A stretch of 64,000 nucleotides of DNA from Candidatus Omnitrophota bacterium (GCA_043814965.1 JBDRJN010000003.1:68564-132563), one strand, 5' to 3'; shown: positions 40,081 through 51,889, counted from the stretch's first letter. A program made the numbers and translations. The notes: a model not told the origin generated them from the sequence alone.

Positions 40081-40139
40081 ACACCTTTTCCTTTAAATAG
40101 ATTGCTTTTGTGAATAAAAGATTAAGCGACGAAAGTGGA

Positions 40140-40412
40140 CTATTTAACTTTTGCCTTCATTACAAGGCCTGGTTTAAATACAGCTACCTTCTTGGGCTCT
40201 ACAGGGACCTGCTGTCCTGTCCTTGGATTTCTTCCCATGCGGCCTTTTCTGGATTTTGTCTTGAAGACTCCAAAATTTCTGAGTTCTATGGTCTTTCCTT
40301 CTGCAAGCGCGTCGACTATAGCATCAAATGTCATCTGTACTACTTTTTTCACGTCTATCTGCTTGATGTCAGTCTCGTTTGCGATTTTTACAACTATATC
40401 CTTTTTTGTCAT
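40140..40412 (-). CDS. HU/IHF family DNA-binding protein
   Basis: MTKKDIV..IELRNFGVF..GRNPRTG..FKPG. Start set at ATG 40412 after AAGGAGG. Confidence 0.95.
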   Translation of the reverse strand: MTKKDIVVKIANETDIKQIDVKKVVQMTFDAIVDALAEGKTIELRNFGVFKTKSRKGRMGRNPRTGQQVPVEPKKVAVFKPGLVMKAKVK

Positions 40413-40459
40413 TCTGACCCTCCTTCGATTTTTTCGTATCTGATTTAATTGCAAGGGGT

Positions 40460-40489
40460 AGTGTAACACGAAGATAGAGCTTATGTCAA
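40460..40489 (-). promoter_or_regulatory. Putative sigma70 promoter of HU-hisS-aspS
   Basis: TTGACA-N18-TACACT with extended TG. Confidence 0.5.
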
Positions 40490-40516
40490 GAACTTTTAAA
40501 TCTTAAAATCTATATA

Positions 40517-43500
40517 TCAGTTTTTATTTTTTTCAAAGACAATATGGTCTTGCCCTATAAGCTCTTCTATCTCTATGACCATATCATTGGTAGGATTCAC
40601 AAAACAATCTTCATCCACTACTATACGGTAAGAGCCATTGTTCTTTGTAGAGACATTCAGATATACCGGTATATTGCCTTTATGTTTTTTAAAAAGGCCT
40701 TTTAGTTTTTCCAGCATCTCTTTTTCCATGCCAAGAGAGACCAGGTCTATTGAGACAGCCTGGGTAAAGCGAAGCCTTGCCTCATCAATGGGTATTATCT
40801 CCTCAACTATTATTTTGGGCCTCTCTTCTTTGAGGTCCAGCCTCCCATCTATAAATGCAGCAAAATTCACCCTTGCAAATTTTGACACATTTTTATAAGC
40901 TGCTGGAAAGATCAATACCTCGACCCTTCCTTCCAGGTCTTCCATCATCATGATAGCCATCCTCTCGCCAGTACGCTTGGTAACGGTATTTTTTACTTTG
41001 TTTATTATCCCCCCAAACCTTATCTTCGAGCCATCTTTAAGGTCTTTAAGCTCCTTTGTAGTAGCCGTGGAATATTCTTTCAATATATCGCTGTATCGCG
41101 CAAGCGGGTGCCCGGTAATATAAAAACCTAGCATATCTTTTTCAAAGCTCAAAAGCTGCCCCTCGGGCCATTCTTTTATATCAGGCGCAGCCTCTTCACG
41201 GCTCTCATCACCAAAAAGAAGCATCTGGCCGATAGACTTCTCTTTCTGCAGAGTATTTGCCTTTTCCATAGCTATATTAAGGATCGCCATAAGCTGAGAC
41301 CTTTTAAGGTTAAAGGTATCGAAAGCGCCGCACTTAATAAGGCTTTCCAGGATCTTCTTATTCACTGTCCTGGAGTCTGTACGCTCGCAAAACTCTGTAA
41401 GGGTTTTAAAATAGCCTTTTTCTTCTCTTGACCTGATGATAGATTCTATAGCTCCTACGCCTATATTTTTTACAGCGCTCAAGCCAAATCTGATAGCATT
41501 TTTCTCAACCACAGAAAAATCCGAAAAACTTTGATTTACATCCGGAGGCAAGATCTTTATATTCATCCTCTCGGCTTCATTTATATACTGGACTATCTTA
41601 TCTGTGTTATCTTTTTCACTTGTCAGCAGCGCTGCCATAAATTCTATCGGGTAATTTGCCTTTAAAAAAGCTGTCCTGTAAGATATCATCGCATATGCGG
41701 CAGAATGGCTCTTATTGAACCCATAACCAGCAAAATGTTCTATCAGGCTAAATATCTTCTCAGCTATTCTTTTATCTACCTTATTTTTACTAGCTCCTTC
41801 TATAAAAGCCTTTTTCTGCTGGTCCATTACCTCCGGGGTCTTCTTACCAATAGCCCTTCTCAATAGATCTGCCTGAGCAAGTGAAAATCCCGCAAGCTTA
41901 GATACGATCATCATGACCTGTTCTTGATATACTATTATGCCGTATGTCTCTTTCAGTATAGATCCAAGAAGAGGGTGATCATATCTTACCTCTACCTCTC
42001 CGTGTTTTCTTTTCATAAAATCATCCAACATACCGCTGCCGATAGGGCCAGGCCTATAAAGCGCGAGGAGCGCTACTATATCCTCAAACTTCTCAGACCT
42101 GAGCTTCCTCAGCAGGTCTCTCATCCCTGAACTTTCCAGCTGAAATATACCTATAGTCTCTGCGCGGGAAAACAATCTATACGTCTTTTCGTCATCTATG
42201 GGGATACCTGCTTCATTTAGATCAATACCCCGTAACTGTTTTATCAGTTTTATAGCCTCTTGGATGACGGTAAGGGTCCTTAACCCCAAGAAGTCCATCT
42301 TCAGAAGGCCTATCTTCTCGAGAGAAGCCATTGCATACCCAGTAGAGATCTGGCCATCACTTGTCTTAAAAAGAGGCACGTGGCTTGCGAGAGCATCCTC
42401 GCTTATAACAACTCCTGCCGCATGAGTAGAGGCATGGCGAGTAAGGCCCTCGAGATGTCTTGATGTATCTATAAGTTCTCTTATTTTTGTATCTTCCTTG
42501 TAAAGGTTCTTTAGTTCTGGTTCTTGCTCGAGCGCAAGCTCAAGCGTGATGTTAAGGTCCGTTGGCACAAGTTTAGCGATCCTATCTACTTCACTATAAG
42601 GAATATCCATGACCCTGCCGACATCTCTTATTACGCCTCTAGCAGCCATAGTGCCAAAAGTGATTATCTGGGCTACGTTGTCCTGGCCGTATTTATTGAT
42701 AACATAATCTATTACCTTGCCCCTATTTTCATAACAAAAATCTATATCAATATCAGGCATAGTAACTCTTTCTTCATTCAAGAACCTTTCAAATAAAAGA
42801 TTATATCTCAATGGGTCTATATCTGTTATACCAAGACAGTAACTTATGATGCTTCCCGCAGCGGACCCTCTTCCTGGCCCCACAGCTATGCCTTCGCTCT
42901 TTGCATAATTGACAAAATCCCAGGTGATCAAAAAATAACTGGTATATCCTGCTTTATTGATAACCCTGAGTTCATGTTCAAACCTATCCCTTATCTCTTT
43001 GGTTGGGTCAGGGTATCTTTTTTTTAAGCCCTCCTCGCACAGCTCTCTCAGGTATTTTTCATGCGTAGTCCCGCCTGGTATTGAATAATGAGGCAAATAT
43101 GTACTCGAAAAGTCCAACTCGAGATTGCACTTCTCTGCGATCTCTATAGTGTTCAAGACCGCTTCAGGTATATCCTTAAAAAGTTCTTTCATCTCTTCAG
43201 GGGACTTGAAATAGAACTCCTCTGTCTGCAATTTCATGTGCCGCGGATCATTAAGAGTGGTCTGGGTCTGTATGCAAAGAAGCGCTTCATGGGCTTTGGC
43301 GCTGTCTTTGGTAAGATAATGGACATCATTTGTTGCGACAAGTTTTATGCCAAGCTCTTTACTGATGGGTATGAGCACACTGCTGACCTTTTTTTGTTCG
43401 GGTATAAGATTGTCCTGTATCTCAAAATAAAAATTATCCTTACCCAATATATCCTGATAAGTCCCTGCCAGCTCTTTTATCTTATCAACCTTTCCTTCGA

Positions 43501-43951
43501 GAGCTAATCTTGCGATCTCACCTTTCAGGCAGCTGGAAAGGGCTATAAGGCCTTCTGAATATTTAGACAGGACTTCTTTGTCTATCCTGGGCTTATAATA
43601 AAACCCCTCCAAGTAACCTATAGATACAAGTTTCATCAGATTTTTATAACCGGCCTCGTCTCTTACAAGAAGTATCAGATGGTTTGATGTCTCGCCGCCA
43701 GAATAGATGGTCTTATCAAGCCTATTATTAGGAGCTATATAGATCTCGCATCCTATTATAGGTTTTATGCCGTTTGCTATACAGGTCTGATAGAACTCGA
43801 TAGCGCCGAACATGTTGCCATGGTCAGTGATAGCAAGGCCTGGCATCTTAAAACGCCTGGCAGCATCTACTAGTTTTTTTATGAGGCAAGCTCCGTCGAG
43901 AAGACTATATTGGGTATGTACGTGTAAGTGAACAAAATCTGAATGAAACAT
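40517..43951 (-). CDS. dnaE: DNA polymerase III alpha subunit
   Basis: PHP domain HLHVHTQYSLLDG, GRGSAAGS, PDIDIDF, YGFNKSH; no intein seen. Confidence 0.98.
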   Translation of the reverse strand: MFHSDFVHLHVHTQYSLLDGACLIKKLVDAARRFKMPGLAITDHGNMFGAIEFYQTCIANGIKPIIGCEIYIAPNNRLDKTIYSGGETSNHLILLVRDEAGYKNLMKLVSIGYLEGFYYKPRIDKEVLSKYSEGLIALSSCLKGEIARLALEGKVDKIKELAGTYQDILGKDNFYFEIQDNLIPEQKKVSSVLIPISKELGIKLVATNDVHYLTKDSAKAHEALLCIQTQTTLNDPRHMKLQTEEFYFKSPEEMKELFKDIPEAVLNTIEIAEKCNLELDFSSTYLPHYSIPGGTTHEKYLRELCEEGLKKRYPDPTKEIRDRFEHELRVINKAGYTSYFLITWDFVNYAKSEGIAVGPGRGSAAGSIISYCLGITDIDPLRYNLLFERFLNEERVTMPDIDIDFCYENRGKVIDYVINKYGQDNVAQIITFGTMAARGVIRDVGRVMDIPYSEVDRIAKLVPTDLNITLELALEQEPELKNLYKEDTKIRELIDTSRHLEGLTRHASTHAAGVVISEDALASHVPLFKTSDGQISTGYAMASLEKIGLLKMDFLGLRTLTVIQEAIKLIKQLRGIDLNEAGIPIDDEKTYRLFSRAETIGIFQLESSGMRDLLRKLRSEKFEDIVALLALYRPGPIGSGMLDDFMKRKHGEVEVRYDHPLLGSILKETYGIIVYQEQVMMIVSKLAGFSLAQADLLRRAIGKKTPEVMDQQKKAFIEGASKNKVDKRIAEKIFSLIEHFAGYGFNKSHSAAYAMISYRTAFLKANYPIEFMAALLTSEKDNTDKIVQYINEAERMNIKILPPDVNQSFSDFSVVEKNAIRFGLSAVKNIGVGAIESIIRSREEKGYFKTLTEFCERTDSRTVNKKILESLIKCGAFDTFNLKRSQLMAILNIAMEKANTLQKEKSIGQMLLFGDESREEAAPDIKEWPEGQLLSFEKDMLGFYITGHPLARYSDILKEYSTATTKELKDLKDGSKIRFGGIINKVKNTVTKRTGERMAIMMMEDLEGRVEVLIFPAAYKNVSKFARVNFAAFIDGRLDLKEERPKIIVEEIIPIDEARLRFTQAVSIDLVSLGMEKEMLEKLKGLFKKHKGNIPVYLNVSTKNNGSYRIVVDEDCFVNPTNDMVIEIEELIGQDHIVFEKNKN

Positions 43952-43985
43952 TTTTGTATTGCGTAAGGTATGGTTGGATTACTTT

Positions 43986-44020
43986 TTACTGATCACGGAT
44001 TACTGATTACTAGTTACTAA
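43986..44020. repeat. Intergenic heptamer array
   Basis: ttactga tcacgga ttactga ttactag ttactaa. Confidence 0.75.
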
Positions 44021-44021
44021 C

Positions 44022-45182
44022 TCATTTCCCCATGCCGACTCTTTGGACTCTTTGCATCAATTTTCCTTCTGTCTTGATAGAAGGAGCTATTATCAGCTCT
44101 GTCAATTGCATTTCCTTTAGATTTCTAGCGCCGACATTGCCCATAGATGTCATAAGAGCTCCTACAAGGTTCTGGGATCCATCATCAAGCCTAGCAGGAC
44201 CAAAAAGTATCTCTTCTAATGTCCCGGTCGTATTGACTCTTATGCGGGTACCTCTGGGTAGATTTGCGTGAGGCGTTGCCATGCCCCAATGATAACCTTT
44301 CCCAGGAGCCTCTTTTGCCCTTGCAAATGCCGAACCTACCATGACAGCATCAGCGCCGCTGGCAAAGGCCTTGCATATATCCCCTCCTGAATCCATGCCC
44401 CCATCCGTGATTATAGGAATATATTTACCTGTCTTTTTATAGTAAAGATCTCTCGCATTAGCTATATCTATAGTTGCAGTGACCTGAGGAACACCTATGC
44501 CCAAGACCCCCCTTGTAGTACAGGCTGCCCCTGGGCCGATACCGACCAGCAATGCGCCTGGCCCTGCATCCATAAGCTCAAGCGCGACAGAATGTGTAAC
44601 ACAATTGCCTAAGATGACAGGTATCTTCATTGATCTAATAAATTTTTTGAGATCCACTATCTTGTATTCCTTGGAACTATGCCTGACACTGATAACAGTG
44701 GACTGGATAACAAATATATCAGCACCTGCCTCTTGGGCGATCTTACCAAACTTTTCAGCATTTTGAGGTATTGTAGAGACCGCTGCAGTAGCTTTTTTCT
44801 TTTTTATCTCCTGGATCCTCTTAACTATAAGCTTTTCTTTGATCGGAGCGACATACAAAGACTGCACCAGCTTTGTCGCTTCTTCAGGTGTGGCCTTCGC
44901 GATCTTGTCTAATATCTCTTCGGGGTTCTCATAGCGAGTCTGCACTCCATCGAGATTCAACACCGCAATGCCGCCAAGCCTTGACATCTCTACTGCAAAT
45001 TTAACATCGACCACCCCATCCATTGCAGCAGCAAGGATAGGCACTTTATAGGTCTTACTGCCGAGTTTCCAGCTAGTATCTACTTCGTTAGGGTTTATTG
45101 TTATCGAACCCGGGACAAGAGCAACTTCATCAAATCCATAACACCTGCGAGCCTGCTTTCCTCTTCCTATCCACATCCCCAT
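44022..45182 (-). CDS. guaB: IMP dehydrogenase, GuaB3 type (no CBS domains)
   Basis: GIGPGAACTTR, ITDGG, HWGMATP..LPRGTRI. Confidence 0.92.
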   Translation of the reverse strand: MGMWIGRGKQARRCYGFDEVALVPGSITINPNEVDTSWKLGSKTYKVPILAAAMDGVVDVKFAVEMSRLGGIAVLNLDGVQTRYENPEEILDKIAKATPEEATKLVQSLYVAPIKEKLIVKRIQEIKKKKATAAVSTIPQNAEKFGKIAQEAGADIFVIQSTVISVRHSSKEYKIVDLKKFIRSMKIPVILGNCVTHSVALELMDAGPGALLVGIGPGAACTTRGVLGIGVPQVTATIDIANARDLYYKKTGKYIPIITDGGMDSGGDICKAFASGADAVMVGSAFARAKEAPGKGYHWGMATPHANLPRGTRIRVNTTGTLEEILFGPARLDDGSQNLVGALMTSMGNVGARNLKEMQLTELIIAPSIKTEGKLMQRVQRVGMGK

Positions 45183-45218
45183 GATATATACCTCCGGTTT
45201 TTATAGGTTAATTTTTAC

Positions 45219-45247
45219 ATAATACAGTAATTTTTTAAAAAAGTCAA
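45219..45247 (-). promoter_or_regulatory. Putative sigma70 promoter of guaB-dnaE
   Basis: TTGACT-N17-TATTAT. Confidence 0.55.
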
Positions 45248-45269
45248 TGATATTTAGGCACGCTTGCTA

Positions 45270-45479
45270 TGTTATTTAAACGCTTGAGCAGCACATTATA
45301 TAGCTGACAGGGACTCTGTTCGCTCAAGTGAAAATTTCCCCAGCGTGAAAATTTTACTCCGTTTTCTTTTTCGCTCTCGCTTAAACCTTATCTAATGTAG
45401 GGGAGCCTTAAGGCTCCCCTACCAGTATATACGAGGGCTGACCATGCCCGTTCAAAAGATTTAGGCCTCTCAAACAACA
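45270..45479. repeat. Structured dispersed repeat with nested GTAG palindrome
   Basis: Shares acgctt(g)agc, ctccg..ttttc.ctctcgc and gggc..acc.tgcccgttcaaaa with 49311-49468. Perfect palindrome gtaggggagccttaaggctcccctac at 45397-45422. Confidence 0.8.
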
Positions 45480-45562
45480 CCCACAAAGCATGCAACTTCG
45501 AGTTTAGATATAGCTACTTCTTGTCCCTAGCGGACTATAAAAGTTGATTTGTGGATAAAGAT

Positions 45563-47023
45563 TTATTGAAGGTCTTTTGGGAGAGTGGTTATGTCTAATA
45601 GCTGTAGCCTGAAAGCCAGGTTCTTCCAGAATAATCTCTCTTTGCGCAGGCTAAGCGTCTCTTTCTTTACATCTATAAAAAACCTTAGCGCTTTTTTTGA
45701 ATGCTCCGGGGATATGTCGTGATCGGAAAAACCTGCTTCCAGGGCACAATCAGTCAGTCCTTTCATAGGATCATAGGGCCCTGGGACAGTTTTTTTCACT
45801 GCATCATAGAAACCAATATAGCCTGTTTCCCTGAATTCTGGTGCCCCGTATATACTCAAGGCGCTGCATAACGCAAGGTACACTTCTTTTATAAAATATC
45901 TCGGCTCTTCTACAGCTTTTCTTGCCAGCAATCTATTTCTTATGAGCGACCTAATAATAAAATAAACTACTATAAGTATAGGCAGTATTATAAAAACTAT
46001 GGGCAGCATAAAAGCCAATGGAACAGGTATCAATATTGGTATAAGCGCCATCAATAATAGTAGGAGCCACCAATTTATTTTTTTTCTTTGGGCTACCCCT
46101 TTTTCTACCTCCATGGCGAGAGAACTATCCGATGATGCAGATATCGATGATACCGGAGGGGTATTCGCCCTGCCGCTATCAGCTGCGCCGCTAGTCCGTG
46201 AAGAAACAACGGGTTCTTCTATGCCACTCTTTAATGCATCTTTTAAGCTTTCTATATCAAGGCCTCCTATCGCGCCTTCTTCTTTTTCTTTGCCTGGTCC
46301 CATTTTTTTAAAAGTCCCCTTGCCTTCCACTAGACTTGCATACATGGGTATCTTAGAATCTCTCAAAAAAGAAGACGCTATGAAATCTAAAGGCAGGTCC
46401 TTGTCCCTCGGCACCAAAGGATATAAAAATGATGCTGCCATTATAATAATAAAAAACATCACAGAACTTATCTTGAACTCCCTGTAAAAAACCCTTCTAT
46501 TGCTTTCTTTTGGCACTAAGAGAGCTCCTCTTTCTATCTTTTCATATAGCACATTGAAACGCATAGTGATAATAAATATAAATAAAAACACTGAACTAAG
46601 CAAGATATAGAAGATCTCTTTCTCGGCAGCAAGCGCTATAGAAATAAATATCAGCATTATAGATATAAACTGCAGGAGGCTATAGTGTTTTGAAGACCTT
46701 ATGCTGACAGCCTGTATAATAGCGATGTAAGAGAATATCAAGGAAAAAGATCTCAATATCCCTTCAAAATCCATCCTGACATCATAAAGCCTGCTAAAGA
46801 CAAAGAAACACACACTTAAAGAAACTACCCCTATAAATAGATCCATGTACTTGATGTACTTGCCCTTCATGTACCAGCTTATAGAAAAAGCAAGGATCAT
46901 GCCCAGTGATACACCCAGAAGATTTGCAGGGCTCAATACCCCTCTTATGCTGAATATAGCCAAAAGCACAAGCACTAGGTTCAGAAAATGATAATTTGTC
47001 CTTTCTCTACGCGCTATGATCAT
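45563..47023 (-). CDS. Polytopic membrane protein of the MoxR/DUF58 operon (DUF3488-like N-terminus, DUF4129-like C-terminus)
   Basis: About 6-7 N-terminal TM helices ending YPLVPR, a Ser/Gly-rich linker, further TM, and C-terminal ET..F...L..EAGFS. No transglutaminase core recognised. Confidence 0.6.
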   Translation of the reverse strand: MIIARRERTNYHFLNLVLVLLAIFSIRGVLSPANLLGVSLGMILAFSISWYMKGKYIKYMDLFIGVVSLSVCFFVFSRLYDVRMDFEGILRSFSLIFSYIAIIQAVSIRSSKHYSLLQFISIMLIFISIALAAEKEIFYILLSSVFLFIFIITMRFNVLYEKIERGALLVPKESNRRVFYREFKISSVMFFIIIMAASFLYPLVPRDKDLPLDFIASSFLRDSKIPMYASLVEGKGTFKKMGPGKEKEEGAIGGLDIESLKDALKSGIEEPVVSSRTSGAADSGRANTPPVSSISASSDSSLAMEVEKGVAQRKKINWWLLLLLMALIPILIPVPLAFMLPIVFIILPILIVVYFIIRSLIRNRLLARKAVEEPRYFIKEVYLALCSALSIYGAPEFRETGYIGFYDAVKKTVPGPYDPMKGLTDCALEAGFSDHDISPEHSKKALRFFIDVKKETLSLRKERLFWKNLAFRLQLLDITTLPKDLQ

Positions 47024-48252
47024 GATAGATATTGAAACTTTTCCTCCAGCTTATCGCCTTTTATGATCCTGTAAGTATATGCTTCCATGTTACTAAGCAT
47101 ATCTTCGAAATTCCTTGCATCATCTTTACTGATAATACTGCCTTTACCTATCTTTCCGAAACTTGATGCTGCCAGTAATACGATTATGAGCTTTATGTCT
47201 TTTGTCTTGAACTGGGACAGGCTCATCAAACCTTTTAAGTCATTATCCGACAGTATGCACACCAATGTAGACTGTATAGGCGCGCCAAATACGGTCTCGT
47301 CGACCATTTTATCCAGTGTCACTTCTCCATCTGAAGTGACACCAGCAAGATATTCTAATATCCTGTGTTTGTGATACTCACCTTTCCCAAATGGAAGGCA
47401 GAACTTTTCCTTTCCATATCCAACAAGCTGTACAAATATGTTGTTTTCCAAAAGATATGCCGCCACAGAAGCCGCTATTTTCACAGAATACTCCAGTGTC
47501 GTATCTTTTCCTGTCCCAATATCATTGCCTTTTTTTAGATCAAGCAGTATCGTGGCTTCCTGCGCGGCATTGCGCTGAAATTCCTTTACAATGAGCTTTC
47601 CATGTTTTGCTGTCAACGGCCAGTGGATCCTGCTTTTCAGGTCGCCTCTTCTATATTCCCTTACTCCAAAAAATTCATGAGTATCAGAACTTATCCTGGC
47701 AGTCTCAACTCCCATCCATGAAAGGCTCGAGGCCTTAAGTTGAGGGAAAAAAAGTATATTAAATAATTTTGGGTATACCAATATCTCGGAAAACACGTCC
47801 AAGCGTTTTACTATCTTAAAAAAACCCATCATGTCCTGGTAGGCTACTGATACAGGCCCGAATCTATGGAGTCCTCTTTTGAAACAGTTTACAGTATAAT
47901 TGACTAATATGTAGTCCTCCCTGTCAAGCCTGGATACAAATAAAGACTTTTCTTTCTTGTCACAAGCCTCCCCCTCGAACCTGTCTATTACCTCAAAGAA
48001 AAAACTTGGAATATTACGCTTGTTCGTTATCTTTACTTCTACGGCCAATAGGTCATCCTCGTAGGCAACATCCTGGACCTTTCTTTCGATAGATATTTTA
48101 GGTAAAGTCAGATATACATAAAGAAACCCTAGAAAAAGTATACAAAAAGATATAGCGCATAATACATAGAATATCTCTATCTTAAGATTCCATGATACTG
48201 CCAAGAGTATGATTATTATTATACAAAGAAATATGCCCTTTAGAGTAAGCAT
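47020..48252 (-). CDS. DUF58 (vWA-related) protein
   Basis: KRGLHRFGP, EFFGVREYRRGD..RIHW..TAK..LIVKEF. Confidence 0.9.
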   Translation of the reverse strand: MLTLKGIFLCIIIIILLAVSWNLKIEIFYVLCAISFCILFLGFLYVYLTLPKISIERKVQDVAYEDDLLAVEVKITNKRNIPSFFFEVIDRFEGEACDKKEKSLFVSRLDREDYILVNYTVNCFKRGLHRFGPVSVAYQDMMGFFKIVKRLDVFSEILVYPKLFNILFFPQLKASSLSWMGVETARISSDTHEFFGVREYRRGDLKSRIHWPLTAKHGKLIVKEFQRNAAQEATILLDLKKGNDIGTGKDTTLEYSVKIAASVAAYLLENNIFVQLVGYGKEKFCLPFGKGEYHKHRILEYLAGVTSDGEVTLDKMVDETVFGAPIQSTLVCILSDNDLKGLMSLSQFKTKDIKLIIVLLAASSFGKIGKGSIISKDDARNFEDMLSNMEAYTYRIIKGDKLEEKFQYLS

Positions 48253-48256
48253 AAGT

Positions 48257-49195
48257 TTACGCCGGAGTAGGTATTTTCTTCAGGATATGAGTGACTATGC
48301 GTTCTGGATCAAGCCCCTTTACAATAGAACGGGGCTGAAGAATTATCCTATGGCTCAGGACTGGATAAGCTAGCTTCTTTATGTCATCTGGGATGACATA
48401 GTCCCTTTCTTCGATAAAAGCAAGAGACCTCGCAATGTTCATAAGCGCAAGGGATGCCCTGGGGCTAGCTCCTAATTTCACGTCTCCGGGAAGGTTCCTG
48501 GTCTCTGATATTATCTTTACAATATATTGATTTATTTGCGGGTCTATGTGTATGGATTTTATTGCATCCTGCGCTTCTATGACATCCTTAATACTGACAA
48601 CGCTTTTTAGGCTATTGATAGGGGGTTCTTTTATATTTTTCCCTAATATCCTTATCTCTTCCTGGGGTGTAGGATATCCTACTTTAAGCTGCATCATAAA
48701 CCTGTCTATCTGTGCCTCTGGAAGAGGATATGTCCCGTGAAACTCTATTGGGTTCTGGGTAGCTATTACAAAAAATGGCTTTGGAAGTTCCCTGGTCTCG
48801 CCATCCACAGTCACTCTAAACTCTTGCATGGCCTCTAGAAGAGCTGACTGGGTCCTTGGCGTAGTCCTATTGATCTCATCCGCAAGGACTATATTCGCGA
48901 ATATCGGGCCTTTATTGAATTCAAATTCTGATGTCTTCTGATTATATATAGACACCCCTGTCACATCCGAAGGCAAAAGATCTGGGGTAAATTGTATCCT
49001 CTTGAAATCTGCTTCTATGGAACATGCCAGTGCCCTTGATAACATGGTCTTACCAAGGCCAGGGACATCTTCGAGCAATATATGCCCTTCACTAAAAAGC
49101 CCTGCGACTACAAGCTTTATCACTTCTACCTTGCCGACTATTACATTAGAGATGTTCTCGATTATCTTTTTTGGTATATCATGGAGATTTGACAT
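48257..49195 (-). CDS. moxR: MoxR family AAA+ ATPase
   Basis: EDVPGLGKT, RIQFTPDLLPSD, DEINR, ATQNPIE. Confidence 0.96.
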   Translation of the reverse strand: MSNLHDIPKKIIENISNVIVGKVEVIKLVVAGLFSEGHILLEDVPGLGKTMLSRALACSIEADFKRIQFTPDLLPSDVTGVSIYNQKTSEFEFNKGPIFANIVLADEINRTTPRTQSALLEAMQEFRVTVDGETRELPKPFFVIATQNPIEFHGTYPLPEAQIDRFMMQLKVGYPTPQEEIRILGKNIKEPPINSLKSVVSIKDVIEAQDAIKSIHIDPQINQYIVKIISETRNLPGDVKLGASPRASLALMNIARSLAFIEERDYVIPDDIKKLAYPVLSHRIILQPRSIVKGLDPERIVTHILKKIPTPA

Positions 49196-49229
49196 CTAGG
49201 CCCCCTTTATCTCTTTTATATTACATCTA

Positions 49230-49258
49230 AATATATCATAGAGCGCATTTATTGTCAA
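49230..49258 (-). promoter_or_regulatory. Putative sigma70 promoter of the moxR operon
   Basis: TTGACA-N17-TATATT with extended TG. Confidence 0.65.
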
Positions 49259-49310
49259 AGCAATCTAACCAATAAAACTAAAATAATCTCTGCCCAGCAA
49301 AGTATTCTTT

Positions 49311-49468
49311 TTTTCCGACTGGGTAGGTCTACGAAAAGACGCTTAGCTGCCCCGGCGAGGCAGCTTTCGCTCCGTGCTTTTTTTCACTCTCGCCTGGTAA
49401 CTTGCAAGGGCGAACCGTGCCCGTTCAAAAAAGCAAGGCTTTTCTTTAGCCCTACCCAGTCGAAAAAG
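49311..49468. repeat. Structured dispersed repeat, copy A
   Basis: Closing stem cgactgggtagg/cctacccagtcg; inner stems agctgcc/ggcagct and tgcttttt/aaaaagca. Confidence 0.85.
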
Positions 49469-49493
49469 ATTAATCTTTTATTACAGTTCATGT

Positions 49494-49660
49494 TGTTCTT
49501 AGCTGGTGAGGGGCTGAAAAAAGCATCTTTATTTTGCGCACTAGAATCTCAATGCACTACAATTTAGTATGCCTGTCAAAATAAAACTGAGCGAAGCCCA
49601 CATCTACAAATCACCAACTCTGGCTGAGCGTCTTTTTGAAGGCCTCACCAGCTAAGAACA
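49494..49660. repeat. Structured dispersed repeat, copy B (inverted relative to A)
   Basis: Perfect 18-bp closing stem tgttcttagctggtgagg/cctcaccagctaagaaca; colinear with 61928-62093. Confidence 0.88.
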
Positions 49661-49675
49661 TGCTATGAATAGGAT

Positions 49676-49716
49676 AAAAAAAATCCCGCAAGTGATATGC
49701 TCACTTGCGGGATTTT
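49676..49716 (-). terminator. Rho-independent terminator of groESL
   Basis: aaaatcccgcaagtga/tcacttgcgggatttt stem with a U-run on the minus strand. Confidence 0.85.
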
Positions 49717-49744
49717 GTGTAGTACTAGTTTTTCCGAGCAGCTA

Positions 49745-51403
<1,659 letters not shown>

Positions 51404-51406
51404 TTA

Positions 51407-51694
51407 CTACTTAATGATCGCTAGTATATCTTCTTCTTTTAATATCAAATAATCTTCTCCATTGTCTGTCAGTTCGTTGCCAGCATATTTTCCAAAAAGC
51501 ACCTTGTCGCCTTTTTTGACTTCTAGCGGTTCTACTTTTCCGCTCTCCAACACCTTGCCTTTACCAATAGCGATAACTTCTCCTTTTTGCGGCTTTTCCT
51601 TAGCTGAATCTGGCAGTAAAATACCACCTTTTGTCTTTTCTTCAGCCTCAAGCCTTTTTATCAGTACTCTGTCACCTAATGGTTGAATTGCCAT
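51407..51694 (-). CDS. groS: Co-chaperonin GroES
   Basis: [21 protein letters not shown]. Confidence 0.98.
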   Translation of the reverse strand: MAIQPLGDRVLIKRLEAEEKTKGGILLPDSAKEKPQKGEVIAIGKGKVLESGKVEPLEVKKGDKVLFGKYAGNELTDNGEDYLILKEEDILAIIK

Positions 51695-51740
51695 ATCTAC
51701 ACCTCCTGTATAGTTTTGTTTGATATGGATAGTTTGATTG

Positions 51741-51767
51741 TCAGCACTCTCATAGGAGGAGTGCTAT
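51741..51767. promoter_or_regulatory. CIRCE element (HrcA operator)
   Basis: tcAGCACTC-N9-GAGTGCTat between the promoter and groES; consensus is TTAGCACTC-N9-GAGTGCTAA. Confidence 0.9.
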
Positions 51768-51781
51768 CTAAAGCGAACTAT

Positions 51782-51810
51782 ATATTACAGAGACTTTGTA
51801 ATCTTGTCAA
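51782..51810 (-). promoter_or_regulatory. sigma70 promoter of groESL
   Basis: TTGACA-N17-TAATAT just upstream of CIRCE. Confidence 0.75.
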
Positions 51811-51828
51811 GTATTTTTTTTAAAGCTT

Positions 51829-51868
51829 CCACAACGTAGGGGAACCTTAAGGTTCCCCTACGTTGTGG
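51829..51868. repeat. Perfect 40-nt palindrome containing a GTAG-REP unit
   Basis: ccacaacgtaggggaaccttaaggttcccctacgttgtgg; the core matches 6197 and 45397. Confidence 0.88.
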
Positions 51869-51889
51869 TTAGAATTGCCGGGTCAGAAG

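Noticed and set aside
45550-45558. Perfect DnaA box (TGTGGATAA) as a possible oriC
   Set aside because: Single box, no cluster, no dnaA/dnaN nearby and no switch in gene orientation.
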